Below, in pieces: positions 11,861 to 25,100 of a stretch of 64,000 nt of DNA. The DNA comes from Negaprion brevirostris (Eukaryota), in contig JARDVH010000193.1 of assembly GCA_030324005.1 (NCBI GenBank), positions 26,070,346 to 26,134,345 of the forward strand, written 5' to 3'. The notes under the pieces are model-generated. The model was given only the letters and a program-made list of their open reading frames with translations. It had not been told where the DNA came from and made no database searches. The translations under genes were made by a program, and so were the position numbers. How positions within the stretch are numbered: position 1 is the first letter of the stretch; each line of letters begins with the position of its first letter.

Positions 11861-12894
11861 TTTGTCTTTGTATATCATTTGTTCGGCTCTGGCTTGGGGG
11901 GCCAAAGGGCCTGTTCATATGCTGTACTTTTCTTTGTTCTTATGTACCATCATATATTTTAAGCTAAACTGAAAAATTACGATGACATCATGTTCTGTGC
12001 TAGGGTGTGATTTATCACCCACCAAGGGGTAATCATGTGGGTAACACACTTGAACCACAGCATCTTTCATCTTTTTTGTAGGTATTTGCGAAATACCTCA
12101 TTGCACACAATACTAGACACTGAAACACAGGAAATTCTACCTTATCAAACTATTTTGCTGGTTGGTTCCTGAGTTTAAATTATGAGTTGGAACATTCACT
12201 GCAATCAGTAATCAGGAGCAAGCATTGGGATATGCTGGCACAAAATCCTGATGGGGGAAAATGTGCAACATAAGAATGTGAATGAAGTAAAAAAAATTCC
12301 TACTGTAATGCCACATTTTCAACCATGCTATGAGTGATGGAAATGAATTAACCTGACTAGCTTTTTATCATGACTCTGCTTCTCCAACTTAGGCGTACTT
12401 GAATTGCAAATTTCAGTGCAAGGATCTGTTGCTCATTTAAAAATTGCTGGGACATCAGCAGTTTAGAAACAAAGAAAATTTGAAATTGTGACATGAAATG
12501 GAACAGAGAGTTGGCATTTAGAAAGAATAAAATTTTCAGGAGCAGCATAGCAGCCTACAGTTACAATTGCATCCTGAAAGTCCAGAATAAAACAATCACT
12601 TTTTCACCCTGAACACATTTTTATGAGCATCTTCAAAAATTTCTATGCATGTCCCAGCTTGTAAAATTTACAACTATGGCATAGATCACCAAACGATTTG
12701 TCGAGGAATTCCCAAGTTGGTTCCCATACATTTTTAAAATTCATTCATGGAATGTTTGCAACAAATGCTGNNNNNNNNNNNNNNNNNNNNNNNNNNNNNN
12801 NNNNNNNNNNNNNNNNNNNNNNNNNNNNNNNNNNNNNNNNNNNNNNNNNNNNNNNNNNNNNNNNNNNNNNTAAAGTAGACGGACTTGTGGTCAC

Positions 12895-14415
12895 TGTGAG
12901 CCACATGTTCACCTACCTCTACCTCAACCACCTGTTGACTGTCTACCTGATTTATGCATCTCATTATTTTATTGTCCTCTATATATGATCACCCCCAAGC
13001 CTCCTACGCTCCAGGGAAAAACGTCCCAGTCTATCCAGCCGCTCCTTATATCTCAAATCATCAAGTCCCGGCAGTATCCTAGTAAATCTTTTCTGCATTT
13101 TTTCTAATTTAATAATATCCTTTCTAGTTTAATAATATCCTTTCTATAGTAAGGTGACCAGAACTGTACACAGTATTCCATGTGTGGCCTTATCAATGTC
13201 TTTACAACTTCACCAAGACGTCCCAACTCCTCTATTCAATGTTCTGACCAACGAAGCCAAGCAAGCCAAATGCTGTCTTCACCACCCTGTCCATCTGTGA
13301 TTCCACTTTCAAGGAGCTGTGGACCTGTATTCCTAGTTCTCTTTGTTCTATAACTCTCCCCAATGCCCTACCATTAACTGAGTAAGTCCTGCCCTGGTTC
13401 GATCCACCAAAATGTATCAACTCATGTTTATCTCAATTAAACTCCAGCTGCTATTCATCAGCCCACTGGCCCAACTGATCAAGATCCCATTGCAATCCTA
13501 GATAACCTTCTTCACTGTCCACTATGCCACCAATCTTGGTATCATCTGAAAACTTACTAACCATGCCTACTAAATTCTCATCCAAGCCATTAATATAAAT
13601 GACAAACAACAGTGGACCCGCACTGATCCCTGAAGCACACCAATGATCACAGGCCTCCAGTTTGAAAAACAACCTTCTACAACCACCTTCTGTTATCAAG
13701 TCAATTTTGTATCCAATTGGCTACCTCACCCGAGATCCTGTGAGATTTAGCCTTATGCAACAATCTACCATGCGGTATCTTGTCCAAGACTTTGCTAAAA
13801 TCCATACAGACATCAACTGCACTGCCCTCATCTATCTTTTTGGTTATCCCCTTCAACAAAGATGATCAAATTCGTGAGACATGATTTTCCACTCAAGACT
13901 ATGCTGACTGTCCCTAGTCAGTCCTTGCCTCTCTGAATGCCTGTAGATCCTGTCTTTCAGAATACCTTCCAACAACATACTCACTGCAGATGTTAGGCTC
14001 ACTTGCCTGTAGTTCCCAGGCTTTTCCCTGCAGCCCTTCTTAAACAAAGGCACAACATTTGCCACCCTCCAATCTTCAGGCACCTCACCTGTGGCCATTG
14101 ATGATTCAAATATCTCTAGTAGGGGACCCGCAATTCCCTTTCTAGCCTCCCACAATGTCCTGAGATACACTTCATCAGGTTCTGGGGATTTATCTACCTT
14201 GATGCACCTTAAGACTTCCAGCACCTCCTTCTCTGTAATATGTACATTGCTCAAGACATCACTATTTATTTCCCTGAGATCCTTAACATCTATGCCTTTC
14301 TCAACAATAAATACTAATGAGAAATATTAATTCAGGATCTCACCCATCTCTTGTGCATCCACACATAGATGGTCTTGTTGTCCTTAGGATCAACTGATCA
14401 TCTACTCTCTCCCTA
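12895..14415 (-). mobile_element. CR1/HER1 LINE reverse transcriptase region
   Basis: VDKSPEPDEVYLRTLWE..VPEDWRVANVVPLFKKG..NYRQVSLTS; LFVIYINGLDE..SKFSDDTKIGG; ERELGIQV-like motifs. Frameshifted. Confidence 0.95.
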
Positions 14416-14434
14416 GAATTGCCTTGAACTGAAT

Positions 14435-14720
14435 ATCTTGCTAAGCCATCTCAGAGGCAGTTAAGAGCATTGAACATTGCTGTGGGTCTGGAGTCACACG
14501 TAAGCGAGGTCAGATAAGGATGGCAGCTTTCCTTCCCTAAAGGACATCAGTGAACCAAGTGGGTTTTTGATGATAATTGACAATGGTTTCATAGTCATCA
14601 TTGGACTTTTAATTCCAGCTTTTTTATTAAATTCAAATTTCACCAGTTACCGTGGTGGGATTCAAACTCAGGTTTCCAGAGCATTAGCCAGTGACAATAC
14701 CATAATGCCATCACCTCCCC
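14435..14720 (-). mobile_element. tRNA-derived SINE (family carrying the family-B LINE tail)
   Basis: Shares GTGGGTCTGGAGTCACA..CCTTCCCTAAAGGACAT..TTCAAATTTCACC with copies at 33580, 41945, 50740 and 55925. Confidence 0.75.
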
Positions 14721-15249
14721 TGAAATTAACCCTACAAAACAAGTTAAATTCTAATCAGTTACTGGAATATGATTCTGGCATAATTGAAAGTGAGGACAAT
14801 AAGCATCTGACTAATTTAGAATCAACATTGCAATCAGTAAGAAGCAATATTAAAAAACTGTCAAAATTTATACATATACATTCATAAAACAGTTCCATTA
14901 TAATTAAGAAGCAGACAATCACAATTCAATCTGAAAATCTAAAAGAAGTGATTATATCTTGGTTCTTCCATCTTCTAATGATGTCATTCATCTCAACTAC
15001 TCACTATCCAGAGATAGGCCCTTTGGCTCTCTTCCCATCTGAAAATCACAATAATTACTATGCACAGAATTCTGTTTTTTCAGATTAAGATATCAGTAAG
15101 ATCCAATCTTTTTGATAATGAATCATCAATGTTCTATATCATGTTGCTAAAATTCCATGTTCAAACCGTGGTGAAGCAGTCACAGCAAGAAGGCACTCAA
15201 CACACCAAAAAAGCTATCACAAATTAAAAAAAGAAATATACACGGGTTT

Positions 15250-15420
15250 AGTTTAAAATTTATTAGTATCACAAGTAGGCTTATATTAACCATGCAATGA
15301 AGTCACTATGAAAATCCCCTAGTCGCCACACTGGTGCCTGTTCGGTACACTGAGGGAGAATTCAGCATGGACAATGCACCTAACCAGCATGTCTTTCAGA
15401 CTGGGAGGAAACCAGAGCAC
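15250..15420 (-). mobile_element. V-SINE fragment, alternative-tail subfamily
   Basis: ACAAGTAGGCTTA..CCCCTAGTCGCCACAC..GTGCCTGTTCGG, the same tail as the copies at 47000 and 54555. Confidence 0.8.
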
Positions 15421-16479
15421 CAAATATTTCAGAAGTTCTGACAGCTTGGTCCAACAGATAAAGTTATCTTTGAAACAGAACAAGCTTCCATGGAAATTAA
15501 TAAAATTTCACAGGAAAAAAAAATTCCAAATGAAAGATGTTGCCAGGTGCCATGCATTTCACATTGAAAAACATTTGGAGGTAAAACATAGGCATTGCCA
15601 ACTTGTCCTAAGCAAATTAGATTGCTTTCCTTTTTGCCACAGTATATTACTTCTACCTTAGAATTTGAGTTGTGGTTTAAAACATTCATTTTTAAAACAA
15701 ATAGATTTGGGAAGGCTTCGGGTAAGAATTTGGTACATGCTCTGTAGTAGCTTCTCAGGCTGGGCAATTCAGAACGTAACTAAAATGTACTTCAGTACAT
15801 ATCATTGTTTAGTTCCAGCATATTCGTCAGTCGAACTCTGATAGACTTCTTTTCAGCGAGCATCTTTTTTTTCCCCTCAGATAAAGATCGATATGAAAAT
15901 TTAGTTGACCATTATGAATGCAATTTGGTAAATCTCCAACATCTTTTGTTAGGCTGTTCAACTTGTAACTTAAAATATGATTTATAGTTGCAAACATTGC
16001 ACAAAATAAGGTTGCAAATCACAGTCTTGCACCCTCTTACATTTCTTTGCATTTCAACTGTCTTGTTTGCACTGGTGTCTTAATCATTTACTCAGCACAT
16101 GTGCTGAACTATTCTCAGGATACCACTATTTAATTTTGTACTAAAATTTAATTGGCTAGCTGCCAGAAATACATAGTAGAAAGATTCTACAAAGTTCATC
16201 TTAATGGAGTAAAAGGTTAAAACATAGAAATCTAACTTAGGCTTGTTTAAAATTTTTCTGCTTTAAACTCTCAGAGGACAGGTGTGATTTAATGATACTG
16301 ACAAATTTTGAACATTTGCTTCCAATATGTTTGAAGCTAGTCACAAAAGGCCAATGTTTCCAGTGATGGGAAACGGAAAAACAAAAATGAACTTTGTTTA
16401 AGCTTACACATATAATCTATCACACAGCAACAATCCCAAAAATTTTGACCCACTGATTTAAAGATTATGGTATAAATAT

Positions 16480-17810
16480 GAAAAGCACACCTAATCCAAT
16501 CAACCAAACAAAGGCTTGTTCACCAGCATCTGGAGGATTACACAAAAATGTAGGAGACTTGTCAAGGAGCAGCCTGACAGTCTTTCCACCAATGTCCCAG
16601 ATTTACCCATATTACCCATGGGTATGTCCTATCCCATCAACAAGGCATACNNNNNNNNNNACCCATAGAAGCAGTTGTACAGTGATACATGTTTGAGAGA
16701 TAACAGTCCTGGAAATCCTCAACATTTACTCTGGACTCCATGACATCTCATGGTATTAGGTCAAACAGAGACAAAAAAACTTCATGATGAGTACCATCAA
16801 TTGCACTGTGCCAACAGATGAATCAGGATTCCTACATCGATGGCAGCAAGATCACAGTATGTATTCTGAGTTGGGACTTCAATGCCCATAATCAAGGGTG
16901 GCCCAGGAACATCACTACAGAGTTGGCTGAGACTTTAGACACATAACTGCCATAGTAGCCTGGTCAGAGAACGAACACAAGAGACACTACTTGACCCCAC
17001 CAATCTAGCTGTTACCAGCAGATGCATTTATGTATCACAGTACGGGTAGGAGTGACAATTGCATGGTCCTTCTGGAGACAAAAGCCTGTCTTCATACAGA
17101 TGACATCCGCCATTGTGTTGTGTGAAACTGAAACATCACGGTAAGTGGAATAGATTCAAAACAGATCTGACAGTTCAAATCTGGTGTCCATAAAGCACTT
17201 GCATCAGCAGCAGAATGGTATCAAAACATAACATGAATGCATATGTCCAGTATATACTTCACTTTAGCATTATCATCAAACCAGGGGACCAATCCAGGTT
17301 CAAAGAAGAAAGTAGACAGCACATCAGGAATAAAGCTAAACATACCAATAGAAGACTACGTGCATGCAAAATGGCACAAGTAGCATGTGCAATCCCACAG
17401 CTACAGCTTAGATCAAGACTCTGCCATCTGCAGAGTGGTGATAGATAATTAAACAATTAATTGAAGGAGGAGATAACCATGAGCACTCCCATTCTCAATG
17501 ATGCCCATGCTTAGCATGTGCATGCAAAGGACAAGGTTGAAGTGCAAGGTGGATGATCCATCTGGGCCTTCTCTTGAGGTCCCCTGCTATCACAGAAGGC
17601 AGTCTTCAGGCAATTTGATTCACTCCATGTGATCAAATGAAACACTTGGATTGAATAGAGTACAGGCTTTGGGCCCAATAGCACACCAGCAGTGCTGAAC
17701 TGGAATAACAAGCTGCTCCAGTACGGCTGAACATTGCAATCTTTCTGACAATATGGAAAACTCTCCAGACAGCAGGACAAATCCAATCCAACCAATTACC
17801 ACCCTATCAG
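16480..17810 (+). mobile_element. CR1/L2-superfamily LINE family B, endonuclease to RT start, decayed
   Basis: GDFNAHN-like motif (GGGACTTCAATGCCCATAA) and DKSNP-NY-PIS motif (GGACAAATCCAATCCAACCAATTACCACCCTATCAG). Confidence 0.75.
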
Positions 17811-17819
17811 ACATTTCTT

Positions 17820-18226
17820 GTAGGCTTGTGTTCACTGGGGTTTAGAAGAGTAAGAGTAAGCAACTTGATTGAAACCTTTAAGCTCCCGAGTGGTCTTGAA
17901 AGGGTGAATGTAGAAGGGATGTTTCCTCTTGTGGGAGAACCTGGAAAATGATCGCTGTTTAAAAATAAGGGGTCACTCAAGAAAACAGATGAGGAGATTT
18001 TTCTCAGAGAGTTGTGTCTTTGGAACTCTTTTTCTGAAAAGGTGGTGGATGCAGATCTTTGAATATTTTTATGGTGGAGCTAGGGAGATTCTTGATTAAG
18101 GGGATGATAGAGTATCAGGGGTAGCAGGAATGTGGGGTTGAGATTACAATCAGATCAACCATTTAATGGCACAGTAGGCTCCAAGGACTGAGTATCCTAA
18201 TCCTGCTCCTAATTTGTATGTTCATT
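17820..18226 (+). mobile_element. CR1 3' fragment
   Basis: GAAACCTTTAAG..TTGGAACTCTT..CCTGCTCCTAATTTGTATGTT. Confidence 0.75.
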
Positions 18227-18404
18227 TTTAGGTGCTTCTACACTTTCTAACCCTAATCTCTTCTGTTTCAGGAGCACCTATTTTAAAGAGGCTGATAAAT
18301 GGACTGCTGAAATTATAACATATTTGGATAAACTGTTTAAAATAAAGGAAAGCTGGGACTTGGAGTAGTCGCCTTACTTTGTGTTTAACAATAAATACCA
18401 TTGC

Positions 18405-19045
18405 TTTCCAGTTGGACTTCCTCAATTATTACCATTACCTTCCCTCAAATATAAGGTCAGAAGTGGGAATGCTTGCTAGTGATTGCACAGTGCCCAGAGT
18501 CATTCACAACGCCACAGAAAATAAACCAGTTTATGCTTGCATGCAACAAAACCTGGACAACATTCAGAGTTGGGCTGATAAGTGGCAAATAATGTGTGCA
18601 CCACAAGAGTGCAGCTCCAGGAACATTCAACAAAATCAACATTATCCAAAACAAACACTTGTTTGACACTCCATTCACCCTAAACATGCACTCCCTCCAT
18701 CACTGCCACACAGCTGCATTCCAGCTACAAGATGCACTAAAGCTACTCACCAGGCTTTTTCAACAGCACCTTCTCGATACACAACCTCTAACTCCTAAAA
18801 GGACAAGATCAACAGCCACATGGGAACATCACCACCTACAAGTTCCTATCCAAAGCCACACACCACCCTGACTTGGAACTACATGATCGGTCCTTCACTG
18901 TTGCTGGGTCAAAGTCCTGAAACTCCCTCCTTAATAGCACTGTAGGGGTAACTTAACCATATAGATTGCAATGGCTCAAAATAGCAGCTCACCACCACTT
19001 CCTCAAGCACAATTAGGGATGGGCAATAAATGCTGGCCTTCATAG
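18405..19045 (+). mobile_element. LINE family B, RT C-terminus and 3' tail
   Basis: LPSNIRSEVGMLASDCT..MQQNLDNIQSWADKWQ, ending CAATTAGGGATGGGCAATAAATGCTGGCC. Confidence 0.85.
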
Positions 19046-19499
19046 AGAANNNNNNNNNNNNNNNNNNNNNNNNNNNNNNNNNNNNNNNNNNNNNNNNNNN
19101 NNNNNNNNNNNNNNNNNNNNNNNNNNNNNNNNNNNNNNNNNNNNNNNNNNNNNNNNNNNNNNNNNNNNNNNNNNNNNNNNNNNNNNNNNNNNNNNNNNNN
19201 NNNNNNNNNNNNNNNNNNNNNNNNNNNNNNNNNNNNNNNNNNNNNNNNNNNNNNNNNNNNNNNNNNNNNNNNNNNNNNNNNNNNNNNNNNNNNNNNNNNN
19301 NNNNNNNNNNNAGAACCAGAAAGCAAAGAACACCCATTATCATTTCACATTCATCATTTTACAGAGTGTGAAATAAGGACTAGGGCCTACAGGTAGGATT
19401 AAAGTAGAAACTGAAATATTATGAAACAAACTTTAAGCTTTTTTATTATTTCAAAAATCTATGGTGTGATCACAAAATGGAGAGGGCCACACTGGACTT

Positions 19500-20525
19500 G
19501 CAAAACTAGTTTTCAGGGCCAAAGGGGTTGTTCTGATGTTAGCTAACAGGAAACAGAGCATGTGGACAAATGACTAATTTTCAGATGGCAAGGTGTTCCT
19601 AATAGAGTGCCACAGTGATCAGCGCTGAGATTTCAATTTTGTACCATAATTGGATGAAGGGACTGGATCTATAGTTGCTAAATTTGCTGATGACGCAAAG
19701 ATAGATAGGAGAGCAAGTTGTGAAGAAGATAAGGGATTTGAAAAGTGATAGGGCAAAAAATTGGCAAATGGAAGAACAAAAGTAGTATGTTATTTAAATG
19801 AAGAACAATTTCAAAACTCAAGGTGTAGAGGGTGTCCTGGAACAAAAGGCAAAACAAGTTAGAATACAGGTACAGGAAATGATTAGGAAGTTAAAATGGG
19901 TTGTTACATTTATTGCAAGGGAATGGAATAGAAAAGTAGGGACATTTTTCTACAGTTGTACAGGACTCCAGTGAGGCCACATCAAGACCACTCTGTACTG
20001 TTTTGGTCTCCTTATTTGAAAAACCATATAATTGCATCAGAAGCAGTTCAGGGAAGGTTCACTCAACTTATTCCTGGAACGAAGAGCTTATCTTCGCAAG
20101 AATAGTTGAAAAAGTTGGGCCTATACCCACTGAAGTTCAGCAGAATGAAAGATGATCCTATTGAATATATAAGATCTTAAGGGGACTTAACAGGGTAGAT
20201 GCTGAGATCATGTTTCCCATTGACAGAGACTCGAATTAGGAAACACAGTTTAAAATTAAGGCAAACTCCTATCTAGACTTGAAGAGAATTTTTTCTGTTA
20301 GAGTTGTTAGCCTGTGGAATTTATTTCTCCAGAGAGCACTGGAGGCTGTGTCATTGAATATTTTTAATGCTGAGTTGAAAGATTCTTGACTAACAAGGGA
20401 TTAAAAGGTTCTAAGGATAGGCAGGCAAGTTATAATAGAGACCACAGTCAGCTCAGCCATGATTATTAAATGGTACAGCAGGCTTGAAAGGCTGAATGGC
20501 CTACTCCTAATTTGTAAGTATGTAA
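19500..20525 (+). mobile_element. CR1 RT and 3' end, decayed
   Basis: AKFADDAKI (GCTAAATTTGCTGATGACGCAAAGATA), FWSPY-like motif and tail GGCTGAATGGCCTACTCC. Confidence 0.85.
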
Positions 20526-20541
20526 TTAGAATTAGTATATT

Positions 20542-20580
20542 ATTGAAACTCAGTTGCATCCAAGGCAACTGAGTTTCAAT
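20542..20580. other. Perfect 16-bp inverted repeat (hairpin)
   Basis: ATTGAAACTCAGTTGC-atccaag-GCAACTGAGTTTCAAT. Confidence 0.95.
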
Positions 20581-21637
20581 GGTTTGTAATGTGAGAATAA
20601 GGTGTAAAAATTTGAAGTTTCAGTCAAATCACTTATTCTATGCCAACTGCAGCCACAAAGACTGCACAAGGCACCCTGCACACAAATAGGATATCACTGG
20701 TGTCAACTTCCAGACTTCTGTGCTTAATGGTGCATGGGTCCCCACTTGAGTTAGTGTCAGTTTTGACACTGAGGGAAAAGACACTAAATTTTGCCGTCAA
20801 ATTCAGACACAAGTTCTGGGCCATTGTAATTGACACACATCTGTGCTGCTCCACCACAAGTCAGAGCTCCATGCTCCATTTCCACACTGCGCACTTCTGC
20901 CAAAAGATTTCAATGCAAATGATATTTTGTCTGGCTGATCAATTCCATGCTGGACACCAGAACATTGTTAAAATCACATTTCTGTCAAATTTTGAAACAC
21001 ACCCCATGTGAATCAGTGCAAATAAGCTGTTACTAAATAACAAAACATTCCCATAGGCCAAGTTAATCCAAAATCATCATTAAATCATTTTCCAACAGAT
21101 GTGAAAAGCTGCACAGCTCTTAAAAAAATTACAATAGAATCTTTATTCCATAGTTCTTGTCTTTAGACCTGTTGGATATCATTACTTCCAAGCCCTCGAT
21201 CTGCTACATTGAATTTATATTTTTGGTAAAAATCATTCAAGGTGAAAAAGTAAATGAAATATCATCCAACAGACCAAAAAAGAGAGAACTATTTGTTTCA
21301 TGTTCTCTTTTGTTTGGATATTTATGCAACTGTGAATTCTACATTAAAATTGTCTAAAAATCTTATCACTTGCATTATTGATTTGGACAACCCTAAAGAT
21401 TGTGTTGGGCACCATTCTCAAATCAGGTAAGTGGGCAATGAGAGCTATGTCCAATTGCTTTGCCATTGCTATATACAAAGTGCGCATGAAGCAGGAAGGA
21501 TAATTCTCCTATTGATTTCCTTCTCCCTCTTTAGAGAAGCACTTTGTCAAAGGGTCTGTCCAACATTTATACTGCTGTTTAGTGAACTGTGAAAATGGAT
21601 CAACTCCAATACTCACGGCAAGATATGTCAGAACATA

Positions 21638-21975
21638 AATACACTCCTGCCTCGGAAGGTTGTGGATTCAAGTCCCACTCCAGAGGCTTAAGCGCAAAAA
21701 TCCAGTCTGGCGCTTTCAGATGAGACATTAAACAGAGGCTTCATTTGCTCTCTTGGGAGAATGCCAAAGATCCCATGGCACTATCTTAAAGAAATGCAGG
21801 GGAGTTATACCAGGCTTCACGGCCAATATTTATCTCTCCCTCAATATCACAAGAACAGATTATCTGGCTTTTATCACATTGGTGTTTGTAGGAGCTTATC
21901 ATGCATAAATTGGCTTCTGCGTTTCTACAACTGGGCCATCCAAGATGTAAAAGGCACAATGCAAATGCAAATTCT
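21638..21975 (+). mobile_element. Deu-domain SINE (SacSINE1/AmnSINE1-like)
   Basis: tRNA-like head GGATTCAAGTCCCACTCCAGA and Deu core CTTTCAGATGAGACATTAAACAGAGG..AAAGATCCCATGGCACTA..GGGGAGTT. Confidence 0.75.
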
Positions 21976-23859
21976 TGCTAGATCTATATTTACAGAATTA
22001 ATTTGGGCAAAAATAGCAATTGCTAAGGGAAAGACAGCAGAAAAACTCATTTAATATTTTGAGAATACCATTAATAGGTTTAAAGATGTGTGGACAGATT
22101 TTCTTTGCATTTTATTACAGCTCAGTAGGTAGCACTCCTGCCACTGAGTCAGAAACCAGTGGTTCAGGACTGACTCCATGACCTGTTGGACATAGAAGGA
22201 ATCTTCATAATAGGGCANNNNNNNTTCATAATCAGCCTGCTAATCCTTCAACACTTCCTGGCTATACTCCCCAAAAGGGAGAAAAAGCTTATGTAAAAAC
22301 ACAAAATAAACAATTGAGTACTTGCATATCTTAAATAAAACAGAAAATGTTAGAGTGCGCAGCAGGTGCAGCGAGAACTAATGTGACCTGCTAATGACAG
22401 GCTAACTTTTCAAACTGAAGTCACTCATTGTACATTCAATCTGATAAAGGGTTTCAATTTAAAATGTTTCCTTTTTTTCACATACCAATGGATCCACTGT
22501 GGATTTCCAACATTTCCTGTTTATATTATTGACTTTCAACGTTTGTAGTCTTTTTAACTCTATAAGGGAGAATTTTAGACAAGTTACATACATTTTTTTG
22601 GTATAAAATAAGCACAGTCCTGAACAATTCAGACTGGATATGGCTTGCTCCTGACGAGCACTTTGCAAACTGCTAAATTTGTTATGCCCCATTTTTCTGG
22701 GCAGCATCTAAAAAAGATGTTAGGCCTCTTGTCTATGTTAATCAGGGGTTAAATGTCTTTGAAAGGACCCCAGTGTCAAATGGGGTTTCCCTGAGAACCA
22801 GGTCTCAGGTTTTCCCAGTAAGCATGTAGCTCAGCAAATGGCCCAAAAATGAAAAGGTGAGTGTATTTTTAAAAATGTTTTACATAGAGCCAGATACAAT
22901 CCAGCCCCAAAGAGCCATTACCACTGTGGTTATCCAGGCCTCCACCATCCTGAACCTCCCTTCCAGAACATATCTTAGGATCACTACTGGTTAAGCTCCC
23001 AATCCCAAAATTAAACTCTTCGATTAGGTGAGCTGCCTTTTGAGGTGTGACAAGTTCCAGTAGCTTGATCTGAATATGCTGATGAGGCCAAGGGTCAATT
23101 TCCAATCATTCGGGAGTCTTCATTTTTGGACATTCCTTGCTTCTGTTTATTTCTCTATAAGTAGCCCAAGCACATTTCTAGATTTAAATGTCTGTGTTCT
23201 TGGCATTATTGCCGGTCTGATCAGTACAGGTGGGTTCAACAAGAGAAGTATCTGCACCTGTTTCCTGATAGGTCACAGCTGTGCTCTATGATGAGTCAGA
23301 TACATAGTTCTTGCTACATTGCAACAATAAAAGTTTTATGTTAACAGTAGCATAAATGTTATGTGGGTTAATTTATAAAATGAGCATTCTGATGAAACTC
23401 TGATCACAGCAGATCAAATGCTTTACTAAAATTAAGTTTTCTGGAACCTTGTCACACTTTTTAACATTTCTGCAATCAGAGATGATATTAAATTGTCTGG
23501 ACACTTTATTCTATGATTATTATAACCTTAAATGTTCACTTTTCATCTATTACCTCGTAATAGTTTTCCACTTTGAAGAACCTAGCCTTGTCAGATTTTA
23601 TTCGCGCATAAACTACATTTAATTATATCTGTACCAAGCTACTGCGAAATCTCCACCTGTAGAATTCCTGTATGCCCAAGACAAATTATACATTCTTCCT
23701 CCACAGGAATACATTTCAATTGTCCAAATCAATTGAGTTTAAGCAGAGATTGGCAGAGCCCAGCCTCAGGGAGCCAAAACCTGTGCAGCAATGCTACTGG
23801 ATTTTAATCAGATAAAAAACTGTACAGCTTACCAGACGAAGTGATAGTAAGCTTCTAGT

Positions 23860-24130
23860 TAACTGACAGTTGAGACCATCCTCTATAATCCAGAGCGCAT
23901 TCCCAATGGATTGGAAGTAAGCAAATATAACACTGCTTTACAAGAAAGGAAGAGAGAAAACAGGAAACAGTCTTATCCATCTTTTGTTACTCTATTCCTA
24001 AAGTTACACAGGCCATGCTCAGAGCAGAATGGACAGAGCTGAATCCATCTCCTTGTGTATTCCAAAAAATAAATTCAGATTAAGCAATATCAACATGATT
24101 TTGTGAAAAGGAAATTCTGTCTGATAAATT
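23860..24130 (+). mobile_element. CR1 RT fragment
   Basis: PMDWK*ANITLLYKKG and QHDF-KGNSCL-N motifs. Confidence 0.65.
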
Positions 24131-24139
24131 AATTAGAAT

Positions 24140-24840
24140 CGAGCCTACGTTTTGAGTCAGGATGACTGTTCAGAACTGAAGACAAGGAGATTTGGACAAG
24201 ATTTATCCTGTGACAGTGAGGGGGTACTGCAATTGATAGGAATGGCATTGACAAAAAAGACAAGGGAATGCAAATGGCGATGGTAAAGGCTGAGAATGGT
24301 GCTAAGAACATCCATTAAGAAAATGGAATGTGTAAACGGAAGAGTGTAGGAATACGATGGTTGGCCCTATTGGGGTGAGGAGGTGGGGTGGATAAATGTA
24401 AAGTGAGATTTTAAAAGTGGAAAAATAAAAATAAGAATATAAAGTAATAAAAATTGATGAAGATGAAAAAATGAAATAACATAAATAAAGATGGAGTGGA
24501 AGTGGAGGGGAGAGTTCATGCTCTGAAGTTGTTGACCTTAATAGTCAGTTCGGAAGGCTGTAACAGGCCTAACTGGAAGATGAGGTGCTGTTTCTCCAGT
24601 TTACATTGGGCTTCATTACAAAAGGCCAAGGATGGACGTGTGGACAGGAAAGCAGCATGGTGTATTGAAATGGCAAGCAACAGGAAGGTCTGGGTCCTGC
24701 TTGTGGATGGACCAAAAGTGTTCTGTAAACTGTCATCCAGTCTATGTTTGGTCTCTCCAATGTAGAGTAGGTCGCATTGGGAGCAGCAAATGCAACGGAC
24801 CAGATTAAAGAAGGTGCATGTGAAGCACTGCTTCACCTGA
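24140..24840 (-). mobile_element. Penelope-like element, GIY-YIG endonuclease and 3' terminus
   Basis: QCFTCTFFNLVRCICCSQCDLLYIGETKHRL..EKQHLIFQLGLLQPSEL. A degenerate hammerhead lies at 24141-24180 on the minus strand. Confidence 0.9.
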
Positions 24841-24884
24841 AACGATATTATCTGCGGGAATGTCCATCTTTGAAATATTGGTTT

Positions 24885-25100
24885 GTGATGGAGTATAATT
24901 TTGTCTGCAGCAGGAAGACATGAGACCCAGTGAGAACAGTGACCGACCTACTCATAGGACTGCATTTATTTAAGGTTATTTATTACAGTAAAGAAAGTAC
25001 ACACGTACACAAACAGGACAATAATGATCTAAGATAGTTACTTACAAGAAACGACTACTGCTTTGAACTTACCCTCAGGTTCCCAACCTCCTGCCAATCT
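24885..25100 (-). mobile_element. Probable LTR fragment
   Basis: Begins TGTGATG and has reversed polyA signals (TTTATT). The other end is unclear. Confidence 0.35.

Noticed and set aside
15827-15953. Possible terminal coding exon on - (LTKDVGDLPNCIHNGQLNFHIDLYLRGKKRCSLKRSLSEFD*)
   Set aside because: The acceptor lacks a polypyrimidine tract and the peptide is not recognised.
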